From a bacterium (GTDB taxonomy: Bacteria; UBA8248), in contig CBDBZU010000004.1 in NCBI GenBank assembly GCA_965213625.1, forward strand, positions 1,088,001 through 1,152,000: DNA of 64,000 nucleotides. The letters run 5' to 3'. The notes under the pieces are model-generated. The model worked only from the letters and a program-made list of their open reading frames with translations. It was not told the origin of the DNA and ran no database searches. The position numbers and the translations under genes are program-made. Shown here piece by piece: positions 9,659-19,585 of this stretch (position 1 is the stretch's first letter; each line of letters starts with the position of its first letter).

Positions 9659-10375
9659 CTAGCCTTCTTTCGATTTTATCTTCTTGTACACCACGGGGAC
9701 GAGTGAGAGCACGGCGAGTCCCACGAGCGCGATGATGACCTGGGGCGTCAGTATCCCCTTGGCGGAAAACTCGCCCCCCGCCTCGAAAATGCTGCCGAGC
9801 CCGGCGCCCACCGATGCGAAGACGAACGAGCCGGGAATTATCCCCAGGAACGTGCCGATGAAGTAGACGCTCAGGGATACCCCCAGGAAGGCGGGCACCA
9901 GGTTCACCACGAAAAAGGGAAAAATCGGCACGAGCCGCAAGACGAGCAGGTAGCTCAGCGCGTTTTCCTGAAAGCCTTCTTCCATCTTCTGGAGCCAGGG
10001 GCCGGCCTTCGCGCGCAGGGGGTCTCCGAGCGAGGTCTTTGCCGCGATGAAGAGGACAGTCGCCCCCGCCGTCGCGCCCACGACGATGTAGAGCGCGCCC
10101 CAGACGGTCCCGAACAGGAAGCCTCCCGTGATGCTCATCACCAACCCGCCGGGGAGGGAAAAAATCGTCACCGCCGCGTAGGTGAGCATGTAGGCGACGA
10201 TGGCGAGCGCGCCGTTCGCGCGCACCCACTCTTTGAGTGCGCCCTGGTTTTCCTTCAACGCCTCGAAGGAGAGGTAGCGGCCCAGTCCCGAATAGAAGAA
10301 AAGCACCAGGACGACGACCAGTACCAGCGGAATGATGAAGTTCTTGTACGATAGTCTTTTTTCGGTTTCGCTCAT
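9659..10375 (-). CDS. TVP38/TMEM64 (DedA / SNARE-associated) membrane protein
   Basis: SLPGG..GGFLFG and LRLVPIFPFFVVNL motifs. Confidence 0.9.
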   Translation of the reverse strand: MSETEKRLSYKNFIIPLVLVVVLVLFFYSGLGRYLSFEALKENQGALKEWVRANGALAIVAYMLTYAAVTIFSLPGGLVMSITGGFLFGTVWGALYIVVGATAGATVLFIAAKTSLGDPLRAKAGPWLQKMEEGFQENALSYLLVLRLVPIFPFFVVNLVPAFLGVSLSVYFIGTFLGIIPGSFVFASVGAGLGSIFEAGGEFSAKGILTPQVIIALVGLAVLSLVPVVYKKIKSKEG

Positions 10376-10581
10376 TTTCGGATGGCTGCTTTCATGTTTT
10401 TAGGTGGCGACAATGGAGGAAGCGGCTGTCTTGCATAAGAGCGGCCAGGTGCAAGACTGCGCCACATTTTGCTTCTATCATATTTCACGTGCGGGTCAAA
10501 TCGTCCCGCCTTTTTGGAAGGGGTGGCGATATTTGCGCTTTTGGGTGAAAATATCCTTTTATATCGAATAGGGAAGAGTCG

Positions 10582-11046
10582 ATGAATCCGAGGTTGAGGC
10601 CGTATCAGACATACGGAATCGCCGTGCTTCGCGTCTCTCTGGGCGTCTATTACATTTTGCACGGCTATTACGGCTTTCTGGTGATCGGCGTGGAGCGCCT
10701 CGCCGCCCTGAACGCATCGATGGGAATCCCTCTGCCCACCGTCGGTGCGTGGGCCGTCGTACTGGGCCACCTGGTCGGCGGGGCGCTTCTGCTGCTCGGG
10801 TTCTACACCCGCCTCGGCGCCTTGATGAACGCATTCATCATGGCGGGCGCCGCTGCGCTGGTGCATTTCGACCAGGGTTTCTTCATGCACGGGGTCGTCA
10901 CGAACCCCCAGACCGGCGCCGCCGTCGCCGGCGGATACGAATACTCGCTCTTCCTCCTCCTCGCCACAATCGCGGTTCTCCTCCTGGGGAGCGGCCCGCT
11001 TTCCCTGGACTCCCGAACGAGAAGCAGAATGCGTATGGGTGAGTAG
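10582..11046 (+). CDS. DoxX family membrane protein
   Basis: LRVSLG..HG, LLGFYTR, GGYEYSL..GSGPLSLD. Confidence 0.88.
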   Translation: MNPRLRPYQTYGIAVLRVSLGVYYILHGYYGFLVIGVERLAALNASMGIPLPTVGAWAVVLGHLVGGALLLLGFYTRLGALMNAFIMAGAAALVHFDQGFFMHGVVTNPQTGAAVAGGYEYSLFLLLATIAVLLLGSGPLSLDSRTRSRMRMGE

Positions 11047-11156
11047 GGGGGCTTTCGAGCGGGGAGCGAGGGATTGAGGATCGAATTTTCTCGTACTCAC
11101 AGTTCCATGTATGCAGTCCCTACAAAGGGCATTTCCTCCTTCTCCAGTTGGGACTG

Positions 11157-11237
11157 ACACCGGAATGACGAACAAAACCGCACCACGTCATCAGGACAGG
11201 TCACGGCCCCGGACAGGCACGGAGGCCTGTCCCTACG
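11157..11237. repeat. repeat cluster (GACACCGGAATGACG family plus REP)
   Basis: GACACCGGAATGACG also at 46101 and inverted at ~36879; GGACAGGCACGGAGGCCTGTCCCTACG also at 39168. Confidence 0.7.
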
Positions 11238-11382
11238 TAAAACAGAGCCATTCAAAATCGCTTACATTTCCTCCTCCAGGTGCGCGCAAGGCGCCGTTGC
11301 GATAGAGTTCCCCACTGGTTCATGGGATGGCCGCCGCCGAATAACGAATCTCCCAACCCCCAGGTAACCCGCCGGAATACGT

Positions 11383-12276
11383 TCAGACCTTGCCCTTCCA
11401 CGGGACGAACGCCCGTTCCATGCGCCGCATGATGAGATCGAAAATAAAAGCGATCGCGCCGATCACCACGATCCCGAGAAACACAATATCTGTCGCCAGG
11501 AAACGGGCGGCGTTCAGCACCATCACTCCTATTCCCGCTTTGGCTGCGACCATCTCCGCCGCGACCAGCGTCGTCCAGCCGAAGGCTATCGCGACCCGCA
11601 TGCCTGTGAGGATTTCCGGCAGCGCCGCCTTGATCACTACATGGCGGATCACCTGCCGGCTGGTAGCGCCCATCGAATAGGCAGCGTGGATCTGCTCGAC
11701 CGACACCGAGCGCACCCCGGCGCGCGCGTTGATGGCGATGGGCGCAAAGCAGGCCAGGAAGATCAGGAAGAACTTGCCGGACTCGCCGATGCCGAACCAG
11801 ATGATGGTCAGCGGAAGATATGCGAGCGGCGGAATCGGGCGGTAGAACTCGATCGGCGGGTCGAAGACGCCGCGCGCGTAACGGCTCATCCCCATGGCGA
11901 CGCCTATGGGCACCGCGGTGATCACGGCCAGGAAAAAGGAGCCGAATACGCGGTAGAGACTCCAGAGAATGTGTTCGTGCAGGGCATGTTCACTGAAGCC
12001 GAAGCACTTGGCCGTCACCTCGGCGCGGGCGCCGAACGCAGCCAGCAACTGCTCGAGATAGTAACCCGTACACGCAATCTTGTTGAATTTCGAGATGACC
12101 ATCTCGGGTGACGGCAGGAACAGAGGCCGGATTAGCTCGAGCCGGGTCGTGACCCACCAGCCGCCCAGGATCAGCACGATGGTTGCGACGCTGATCGCCG
12201 TGCTGTTGCCCCGTCCCGGCACCCCGTACTGGTCCACGGCCTCCGATTTTCGGCGCGAGAAGATGCCGATCTTCAT
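11383..12276 (-). CDS. tauC: taurine ABC transporter permease
   Basis: [21 protein letters not shown]-like loop (HAAYSMGA) and C-terminal PWKGK. Confidence 0.88.
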   Translation of the reverse strand: MKIGIFSRRKSEAVDQYGVPGRGNSTAISVATIVLILGGWWVTTRLELIRPLFLPSPEMVISKFNKIACTGYYLEQLLAAFGARAEVTAKCFGFSEHALHEHILWSLYRVFGSFFLAVITAVPIGVAMGMSRYARGVFDPPIEFYRPIPPLAYLPLTIIWFGIGESGKFFLIFLACFAPIAINARAGVRSVSVEQIHAAYSMGATSRQVIRHVVIKAALPEILTGMRVAIAFGWTTLVAAEMVAAKAGIGVMVLNAARFLATDIVFLGIVVIGAIAFIFDLIMRRMERAFVPWKGKV

Positions 12277-13073
12277 AACGGCTGCTCTTGAACCTCTTCA
12301 CCATAAATGATGGAGAGGATCTCTTCGCGCATGGCGATGAATTCCGGCGATGATTTGACCTGCCGCGCGTCGCCCGTGTCGAAATACCGGTGACTGAAAT
12401 TCAACTCGTATTCGTGCGTGATGCGGCCCGGTCTTGGCGACATCACGATGAGCCGGGTCGCCATGAACAGCGCTTCTTCCACGCTGTGGGTGATGAAAAA
12501 GACGATCTTGCGCGTCTTCCGCCAGACGTCGAGGATCAATTCCTGCATGTTTTCCCGCGTGAAGGCGTCGAGCGCACCCAGCGGTTCGTCCATGAGCAGC
12601 ATGTCCGGATCGCAGGTCAAGGCCCGCGCCAGTCCCACCCGCTGCTGCATGCCTCCGGATAGCTGGTAGATGGGATAGTCTTCAAAGTCCGACAGGCCCA
12701 CCAAAGCCAGATTCTCCCGGGCTTCGGCCCTGCGGTCGGCGCTTGCAACGCCCTGAAGCTTGAGGCCGAACTCGGTGTTCTCGATGACGTTGAGCCACGG
12801 CAGGAGAGCGTGTTTCTGGAATACGACGCCCCGGTCCCGGCCCGGACCGTTCACCGGTTCGCCCTTACTCAGAATTTCGCCGGACGTGGGCGGCAGAAAA
12901 CCGGCGATGACGTTGAGCAGGGTCGTCTTTCCGCAGCCGGAAGCGCCGAGCGCGACCACGAACTCGTTGTCGCGGAACTCAAGGTTCACGTCTTCGAGCG
13001 CCTGGACGCTGCCCAGCCCCTGCAGGGAAGGAAAGGTCATGCCAACTTTGTTGAGGCTGATGACCGGGGTCAT
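12273..13073 (-). CDS. tauB: taurine ABC transporter ATP-binding protein
   Basis: [16 protein letters not shown] and [11 protein letters not shown]; likely start MTPVI at 13073. Confidence 0.88.
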   Translation of the reverse strand: MTPVISLNKVGMTFPSLQGLGSVQALEDVNLEFRDNEFVVALGASGCGKTTLLNVIAGFLPPTSGEILSKGEPVNGPGRDRGVVFQKHALLPWLNVIENTEFGLKLQGVASADRRAEARENLALVGLSDFEDYPIYQLSGGMQQRVGLARALTCDPDMLLMDEPLGALDAFTRENMQELILDVWRKTRKIVFFITHSVEEALFMATRLIVMSPRPGRITHEYELNFSHRYFDTGDARQVKSSPEFIAMREEILSIIYGEEVQEQPL

Positions 13074-13177
13074 TGGCTTGCTCCGATCCGGGGTCGGCGC
13101 CGGGGATCGCGCGCAGACCGACCCATCATATTGTCTTCGCGTATCGTCCGGGTCCGATATTTGCCGTCCCGCAGCGT

Positions 13178-14176
13178 CTAGCAGCCGCCTTCGAGCGCCA
13201 TTTTCGCGAATTTCGGCGTCGCCGAATCCGCGTAGCTCTTGAGCACCTTGTCGAGCTTGCCCTGGGACTTCAGGAATGCCGAGGTCGCTCTCAGCGCTTT
13301 CTGTACGCCTCCGCCGAGCCAGGTCGCAGAGATCTGCTCCTTCAGCGTCGGATAGCCGTACAGGGCCAGCACGCCGCCGACCTGGGCCTCGTTGCCGGAC
13401 ACCGAAGCGGCGATCGCTTTCGCGTTCGCGGTGCCCGGTCCGTATTTGGCCGGGTTGGCGCGATAGTCCGCATCGGCCGACGCCACCATCTTCACCCACT
13501 GGCAGGCGAATTTTGGGTTTTTCTTCGTGAAACTCTTGCTCGCGACCATCGCATCGAAGGTCGCCTTGCCCCAGTTGCTGAGATCGCCGGAGGTTATCAG
13601 CACGCGTCCTTTCCGCTTCATGCGTCCGAGCGCCGGATCCCAAACGAAACCGCCGTTGATGTCGCCGCGCTCCCATGCCGCGACCATGTCCGGCGGCGAC
13701 ATGTCGATGACCTTGAGCGCCCGGGGAGAAATGTTGAACTGCTCCAGAGCGAACATCATGTGGAAGTGGGTGGTGGAGCCGAAGGGCACCGCTATCGTCT
13801 TGCCCTTGAGGTCCTGAGGCGCCGTGACCGATTTGTCCACGACGAGCGCTTCGGCGTCGTTGATGTTGTCGTAAACGTAGATGACCTGGAGATCGACGCC
13901 ACGGCTGTAGCCCGCCGCCGTCGGCGAGGAACCGTTGAGCGAGATGTCCACCGAACCCGACGCCATCGCGTTGATCACCTCGGTGCCGGATGTGAATTTC
14001 ACGAACTCGATGCTCTTGCCGCCAAGGCCCTTCGCCCTGAGTTTCTTCATGTTCGTCTTCCACGGCCCGTAGAGGAGCTGATAGCCGATCGTGACGTCGG
14101 CCGCATGTGCGCTGCCTGCGATGCCGAACAAAGCGATGGCTAGCGCCAGAATGGTTTTGCGCAGATGTAATTTCAT
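13178..14176 (-). CDS. tauA: taurine ABC transporter substrate-binding protein
   Basis: Signal peptide, [19 protein letters not shown] and [15 protein letters not shown]. Confidence 0.88.
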   Translation of the reverse strand: MKLHLRKTILALAIALFGIAGSAHAADVTIGYQLLYGPWKTNMKKLRAKGLGGKSIEFVKFTSGTEVINAMASGSVDISLNGSSPTAAGYSRGVDLQVIYVYDNINDAEALVVDKSVTAPQDLKGKTIAVPFGSTTHFHMMFALEQFNISPRALKVIDMSPPDMVAAWERGDINGGFVWDPALGRMKRKGRVLITSGDLSNWGKATFDAMVASKSFTKKNPKFACQWVKMVASADADYRANPAKYGPGTANAKAIAASVSGNEAQVGGVLALYGYPTLKEQISATWLGGGVQKALRATSAFLKSQGKLDKVLKSYADSATPKFAKMALEGGC

Positions 14177-14416
14177 GGTTTGGGTCTCCTATATCCGTTC
14201 AAGATTGGTCGCGGACTAATCCCGGGATCATATCAAGTTCCGTTGTATTTCTCCAAACCGGGTATGGAGCCCCAAAAGACGTATAAGCACGGTTGAAGAC
14301 GGGGGGAAACATAAGGCACCTCCTGCCGGGGCTGTTGAAACAGTCCCTTCGCTTGGGATTGACTTGGGATAAAAGTTCTTCAGCCCGGTCGGAACGACTA
14401 AGCGGGCGCCGGAGTC

Positions 14417-14941
14417 TTAAGCAGAAACTAAAGTAGAACCATGATTATGTGACCAGATAAATTGTTGCCCGGGTTCGACAGGCCACCCTATCCAGTATTC
14501 GGCCAGTTCTTCTTCCAGTAGGGTTTCACAGACCCAGACATGAACCTCCTTGACAACTCTCGCTTCATCCAGAACAAACGCGAAAATGGCGAGAGCGCCC
14601 GTGCTTTCCGGATCGAGCAGCGCCGAGGGGCTGCCGCCAAAATCTGTCAGACGCGCCTCATCCGTCGTCCCGCCACGGAGCTTGTCGTTGTACCAGACGG
14701 CGCGGCCAGTCCGCAGGTTATCATGGGAGTCGATATAGAGAGGGAAACGAACATCTGGATTTTCCACTTTCGGCTTGAAGAGCGAGGGAAACATGCCAAA
14801 AAGGAATTTACGGTCGATTCGTGCCCCCGCATCGCCTTTATCCACGGCCAGCGTATCGTTGCCGGTGAGTCGCTTCACGTACCAGAAGATTTCAGGCCGT
14901 CTGAAATCCATGATCCAGTCCGAGATATTATTCACTGTCAT
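14417..14941 (-). CDS. stand-alone EcoRII N-terminal (effector/DNA-binding) domain protein
   Basis: YVKRLTGNDT, FPSL..NPD, IDSH, WYN..G..DEARLT.FGG and LDPESTGAL resemble the EcoRII N-domain; no catalytic domain follows. Confidence 0.72.
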   Translation of the reverse strand: MTVNNISDWIMDFRRPEIFWYVKRLTGNDTLAVDKGDAGARIDRKFLFGMFPSLFKPKVENPDVRFPLYIDSHDNLRTGRAVWYNDKLRGGTTDEARLTDFGGSPSALLDPESTGALAIFAFVLDEARVVKEVHVWVCETLLEEELAEYWIGWPVEPGQQFIWSHNHGSTLVSA

Positions 14942-15118
14942 CAAGAAAGTTCCTTATTTCAAGTCTGTTCGATCATCCGTGTAAACGGTTTATAAATTGA
15001 AAAAAGATACTATCAAAAGAAAGTTTTCCATACGCTGTTATGTCTAATCTAGGCTTTTCGGATATGCGCAACACCCTCTCGATAATACTTTGAACCCTTT
15101 TGGCGCACAATCATTTAG

Positions 15119-15323
15119 GGGGTTGTTGAAAAAGCCTGCGATGCCGGTATAACGGCGATGGGTTACCGCTTTGCCGGAGGGTGTGTAGGTCAGACATATA
15201 TGTCTGACATATTATGCGGCCCATGGTCGGCAGGCGTAAAATGCAGGGTCGCATAATATGCGACCCCTACAACTTCACATCCGTCGAGCTGAATCAAGAA
15301 AGCAGGACTTTTCTAACAGCCCC
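15119..15323. mobile_element. non-autonomous IS1182-type MITE containing REP hairpins
   Basis: Ends GGGGTTGTTGAAAAAG and CTTTTCTAACAGCCCC match the IS at 39377; flanks are TTAG/TTAA; internal GTAG-type hairpins. Confidence 0.65.
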
Positions 15324-16184
15324 TTAAGGGGTAGCACTATAGATTGTCGGAGAGAGTTTAACGTGTTGTTCCAGTGGTGGTTTCAATCGATATGCTCGCG
15401 CTTGACGCCTGAAATCATAGAGTCTAACGATCCTATATATATCAGGATGCGTTTCTGAAACGGACAACTCGTTTCTGGTGATGAAAAAAGGTGTTGTTCT
15501 GGGGCCGTTCGTGGTCTTGATTTCCAGCCAGCGTTCTCGCTCTGCTTGGTTGCCTGTCCCCAAAAAGGACAGGATGTCGTAACCGTAACCATCTCCCTTA
15601 TCGCGGGCGACCCAACTAACACTATCGGACAGGTCTTTCCTGCCAAGTTCATATAAACGACGCTTCTCGGTCTCGAATACGAATTCTTCGCCGTCTTTTC
15701 CGAGTTTTCGATTTCGGGCATCTCGTTCCGCTGGTGGTTCAAACCTATGAACGATACGGCGTATATCCTCTGATAAATTCTGTTCCGATACTTCGCGCGA
15801 CGGGGGCGCCTCGTCAAACTCCAGACTCGATTCGCTCAAGGGTTCCCCGGATGGGCGTTTGGGGGAGACATCTTCCCCTGTTAAAGAAGAATACAATTCG
15901 TGATTTCTATGAAGGTGGGTTTCGACGATTTCAAACAACGCTCTCTGGTAATGTCTGTAGGGTTGGTAACCATTTATGTAAGGAAGGCCGAGTACGTCCA
16001 TCACCGCACTGATATTCATATGCTTTCGTTCAATCGAACCATCTGAACGATTAATAGTTTCCCTCAGAACTCGCCGGTGTACGCTTTTGTTATAAGACAG
16101 TCCGGCCAGTTCATGCCGAAGCATATCAAAGTAGTCGTCAACGATGGCGTGGATCTCGCCATCGGACCAATTTTGCCGGGTCAT
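15324..16184 (-). CDS. DUF3883 (NOV_C, PD-(D/E)xK-like) domain protein
   Basis: LGKDGEEFV, GDGYGYDILSF, EIKTTNG and FFITRNEL. Confidence 0.85.
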   Translation of the reverse strand: MTRQNWSDGEIHAIVDDYFDMLRHELAGLSYNKSVHRRVLRETINRSDGSIERKHMNISAVMDVLGLPYINGYQPYRHYQRALFEIVETHLHRNHELYSSLTGEDVSPKRPSGEPLSESSLEFDEAPPSREVSEQNLSEDIRRIVHRFEPPAERDARNRKLGKDGEEFVFETEKRRLYELGRKDLSDSVSWVARDKGDGYGYDILSFLGTGNQAERERWLEIKTTNGPRTTPFFITRNELSVSETHPDIYRIVRLYDFRRQARAYRLKPPLEQHVKLSPTIYSATP

Positions 16185-16361
16185 TTAAGTTCAGCCCTCG
16201 TGATTTAGCTGATTTAAGCAGTGTTTCCTAAGGCGAGTGGAAAGTCAAAGCAATTTACGAGGATACGTTACGCAGGAATCAAAATGTAAGTGACCACAAC
16301 ACTCGCTTTACACTTGCCTCGTTGACTCCCCCTCAAAGGGCTGTTGATAAAGTCCTCCTCG

Positions 16362-16438
16362 CCTCATCCTGAGTAGCGGCGAAGCCGCGTATCGAAGGTC
16401 AATTCCGACTAATGAAGGAGGTATTGCATTCTCGCCCC
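16362..16438. repeat. CCTCATCCTGAG...GTATCGAAGG repeat family
   Basis: Near-identical ~75 bp at 38943-39020; related end at ~31699-31737. Confidence 0.8.
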
Positions 16439-16497
16439 GCTGCGCATGATGAGTCGAAAGCGGGCGATTTGTTCGTGGCTCTATATTGTGAAGCGGC

Positions 16498-16845
16498 TTA
16501 CGCCGCGTCCCAAGGGTTCACGACCTCGATGTCGAGGCCGTCGAAAACCCGGACGTTTTTCGTCGCAATCGCGAGTTCGTGCGCCACCGCCGTCCCCGCG
16601 ATGAACGCATCCCCCATATTCAGAACGCGGCCCGCGCGATGCGCGCGCGCCCTCAGGGCTGCGGCCCGGGCGGCTTCGGGTCGGCCCAGGGGCAGCACCC
16701 TGTCCGCATATTCCGATACGAACGCGGAGAACGCAGCGCGTATTCCCTCCTCCGGGTGCATGCGGGGCTTCGTTGCGATAGAGTTCTGCGCTGGTTCACG
16801 GGATGGCCGCCACTGATAATTCACAATCCAACCGACAGGAAACAT
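16498..16845 (-). pseudogene. 5'-truncated PIN/VapC toxin remnant
   Basis: C-terminal PIN motifs (GDAFIAGTA..HELAIATKNVRVF..VVNPW) are present, but the N-terminal DTN motif and an antitoxin are absent. Confidence 0.7.
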
Positions 16846-16847
16846 TG

Positions 16848-17648
16848 ATGAGCTTGCGCAGGTGGAAGGACAGGATGGTGGCGCGTCTGCTGACGCGTTA
16901 TCCAGGTCTGGTGAAAAGATGGGCGGGGGCGAAGGATTTCTCCGCCGAGATGGCCGGCTGGCGCGCGGGGCCCGAGTTCACACCGTGGACGCCGCTCCCG
17001 AGGCCCGTGCGCGAGTGCACAGTCGCGCTGGTGACGACGGGCGGGGTGCATCTCAAGACGCAAGACCCCTTCGACATGGAAAACCCAGACGGCGACCCGA
17101 CGTTCCGCGAGATTCCGGGCGACGCCGCGCGCGATGCGATGACGATAACGCACGATTACTACGACCACCGGGGGGCGGATGCGGACCTGAACGTCGTGTT
17201 CCCGCACGAGCGGCTGGCCGAGCTGGCGGCGGAGGGCGCGATAGGCGGGGTCTCGCCCGCCCACATGAGCTTCATGGGCCACATCGATGCGGAACTCGTG
17301 GAGCGGCTCGTGGCGGAGACGGCGCCTGCCGCGGCGCGGCGGCTGCGCGAGGCGGGGGCGGAGGTCGCGCTGCTGGCGCCCGCCTGAGGGCTATGCAATC
17401 GCTCGGTCGGGCTGATTCAAAACGCGGTGGAACGGGAGGGCATCGCCACCGTATCGGTGAGCATCGTCAAGGAGATAACGGCCGGGCTTCGCCCGCCGCG
17501 GGCGGTGTTCGTGCCCTGGCCGCTGGGGCACCCTTTCGGCCGCGCGGAAAATATTGAACAGCAGCGCACCGTGCTGTATGATATGATCGAGTTGCTCGAG
17601 AGCGCCGGGGAGCCGGGAACGCTGATCGAGCGGGACCATCCCTGGTGA
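16848..17648 (+). CDS. PrdB/GrdB-family selenoprotein (Sec at TGA 17385-17387, UGLC motif)
   Basis: PrdB-like motifs VTTGGVH and HDYYD..D.NVVFP; the reading frame continues through TGA into GLCNRSVGLIQ..E..GIATVS..PPRA; SECIS-like hairpin downstream. Confidence 0.88.
17397..17417 (+). promoter_or_regulatory. bacterial SECIS-like hairpin
   Basis: AATC-GCTC-[GGTC]-GGGC-(T bulge)-GATT; the G-initiated apical loop starts 17 nt after the UGA. Confidence 0.7.
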
Positions 17649-17799
17649 GTTATGCGGAGCTTGCAGAGGCGCAGCGGAAGGAACGAAACGGCCCTGAAAG
17701 CTGCTGAAACCGGCCGGGACGGCGCCTTCCGGACGAGCATCACAGAGACTGAGGGAAGCGCCCGGCGGTAATGGAAATTGTCGATATAATAAAAATAGT

Positions 17800-17852
17800 A
17801 ATTCCTGAAAATATCGATAAATTCGGATAAATTCACGGGGTTTTCCGGTAAA
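17800..17852 (+). repeat. left inverted repeat with 2x GATAAATT units
   Basis: Aligns with the reverse complement of 31031-31094. Confidence 0.75.
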
Positions 17853-17919
17853 AAACTGAAAGGTTAAGTGTCTGAATAATAGCGCATTACATCGATTTCC
17901 GCAAGTGGAGGAGGTCGTC

Positions 17920-18504
17920 ATGGACACAGTCGCCGCTCCCATCACCCGCCTCGCAGAAGAGCTTGCCGACATCTACGATAACGGCGAACGCGGCCGAGAT
18001 TTCATTCGCGCAGCCGAACCAGCTCTCAAACGCTTGTTAGACGCGGGTTCTTTTCTCCCGCCTGAAGCGCTCGAGCCCTCTGATAATGGATATGCGCGTC
18101 ATCTGCTGTATCGTGACTCTGAGGAGCGCTTCGTCGTAGCGGCCATGGTGTGGCAGCCGGGGCAGGGCACACCGATTCACGATCATGACGGCGCCTGGGG
18201 CATGCTCGGCATGGTGGAGGGTGGTCTGGAAGTAGTTAATTATTTTTCGGATGCGGGGATTGCCGAAGGTGAAATCGCGCTTCGGAACGATGCGCCGCAC
18301 AATCCTTCGGCAGGTGCGCAGAACGCGGTTTGCGGCTGCGCTGACATCCATACGGTGCGCAATCGGCGTGACGATGTGGCGGTCTCTATTCATGTGTATC
18401 CGCGCGATTTGGAAGCGTGTCATTTCTTCGAGCCCATCGAAGGTGAAAAAAATCGCTTCCACGCGCGCCGCGTCTCGATTTCCTATACGGATGATTCTTC
18501 CTGA
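17920..18504 (+). CDS. cysteine dioxygenase-like cupin
   Basis: YARHLLY, WQPGQGTPIHDH, DIHTV and SIHVY motifs. Confidence 0.85.
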   Translation: MDTVAAPITRLAEELADIYDNGERGRDFIRAAEPALKRLLDAGSFLPPEALEPSDNGYARHLLYRDSEERFVVAAMVWQPGQGTPIHDHDGAWGMLGMVEGGLEVVNYFSDAGIAEGEIALRNDAPHNPSAGAQNAVCGCADIHTVRNRRDDVAVSIHVYPRDLEACHFFEPIEGEKNRFHARRVSISYTDDSS

Positions 18505-18721
18505 GCGATTTCCGATCTACGACCAAAAAGCCATAGAATAAGATGGAATATCGAGGAACAAGGTATTTTACTCGTGCTCTATGAGGCCTGAAAGCAGGTG
18601 GTTTGCCGATTGGGCGTTGTGTGGTTTATCGGCCAAGTCTTCAACAGGAGAATGAAGCATCTTTTTCCCGGTTTGATAATATTCCCTGCAAATATTCACT
18701 TTCTCATTCCAAGAGGTTCAT

Positions 18722-19585
18722 ATGCGCAGTAAAGGTGGTTGGTATGCTGGTTTCGAGACGGTATCGAATTTTAAAATGTTTTTCCGGGACTGGAGGCCAG
18801 CGAAGAAAAATTTACTCTTGCCCGTCATCGCTTTGCATGGTTCGCTGATTCAGGGCGGCATGTGGAACGCTACAGCGGAGGGCGCGGGCTCGTTACGCAT
18901 GATATGCCCGGATCAAAGAGGATTCGGGAGAACGGATGACCCGGGTGCGGGTGACGCCGCAGCTGATTTCGCAAGAGATGTAATTGGCTTGGCCGACGCG
19001 CTTTTGCTGGACCGCTTCGTGGTGATGGGGCATTCCTTCGCCGCTTCAATCGCTCTGGCCGTCGCTGCGAAACGCCCGGATCGCGTTGCCGCGACTGTGT
19101 TGGTTGACCCGACAATGCGTGATGCTTCGGGAGCCAACGCGAACATGGAGGCAGCGCAGAGCCCCCCGATGGAATTCAAGGATATCGCCCAAGCACAGAA
19201 ATTCATCACAGAGAGCGAAGAAGGAAACTGGCCACCCGCCAGGACGAAACGATTCTTAAGCGATGTTTTGGTACGCGATGGCGCAGACGGCGTTAGTAGA
19301 GTTCCTTATGAGAAAAGCAGAATCCTGAGGTTGCGGGAATTTCAAGCCTCCTCCGAGAGCGATTACGATCCCGTTTTCTGGGCGAAGAGAACGATATGCC
19401 CTTCTCTGGTGTTTCGTGGAGGGGAGAGTAAGCGATTTAGCGAGAATTCGGAAAACTTGTTGATGAGTGCGTTACCCATGAAGTCGAGAGTGGTCGTATG
19501 TGAAAAAGCAGGACATTTTCCGAGTGTTACCGAGCCGACCACCGTGCAGCGAGAGCTCAAGTCGTTTCTGGCAGATCTGAAATGA
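18722..19585 (+). CDS. alpha/beta fold hydrolase
   Basis: LHGS, DQRGFG, GHSFA and AGHF. Confidence 0.85.
   Translation: MRSKGGWYAGFETVSNFKMFFRDWRPAKKNLLLPVIALHGSLIQGGMWNATAEGAGSLRMICPDQRGFGRTDDPGAGDAAADFARDVIGLADALLLDRFVVMGHSFAASIALAVAAKRPDRVAATVLVDPTMRDASGANANMEAAQSPPMEFKDIAQAQKFITESEEGNWPPARTKRFLSDVLVRDGADGVSRVPYEKSRILRLREFQASSESDYDPVFWAKRTICPSLVFRGGESKRFSENSENLLMSALPMKSRVVVCEKAGHFPSVTEPTTVQRELKSFLADLK

Noticed and set aside
13074-14063. Long N-terminal extension on TauB
   Set aside because: It is an off-frame overlap with tauA; the ATPase begins at 13073.
16498-16845. Functional VapC toxin
   Set aside because: The N-terminal catalytic residues and the cognate antitoxin are missing.
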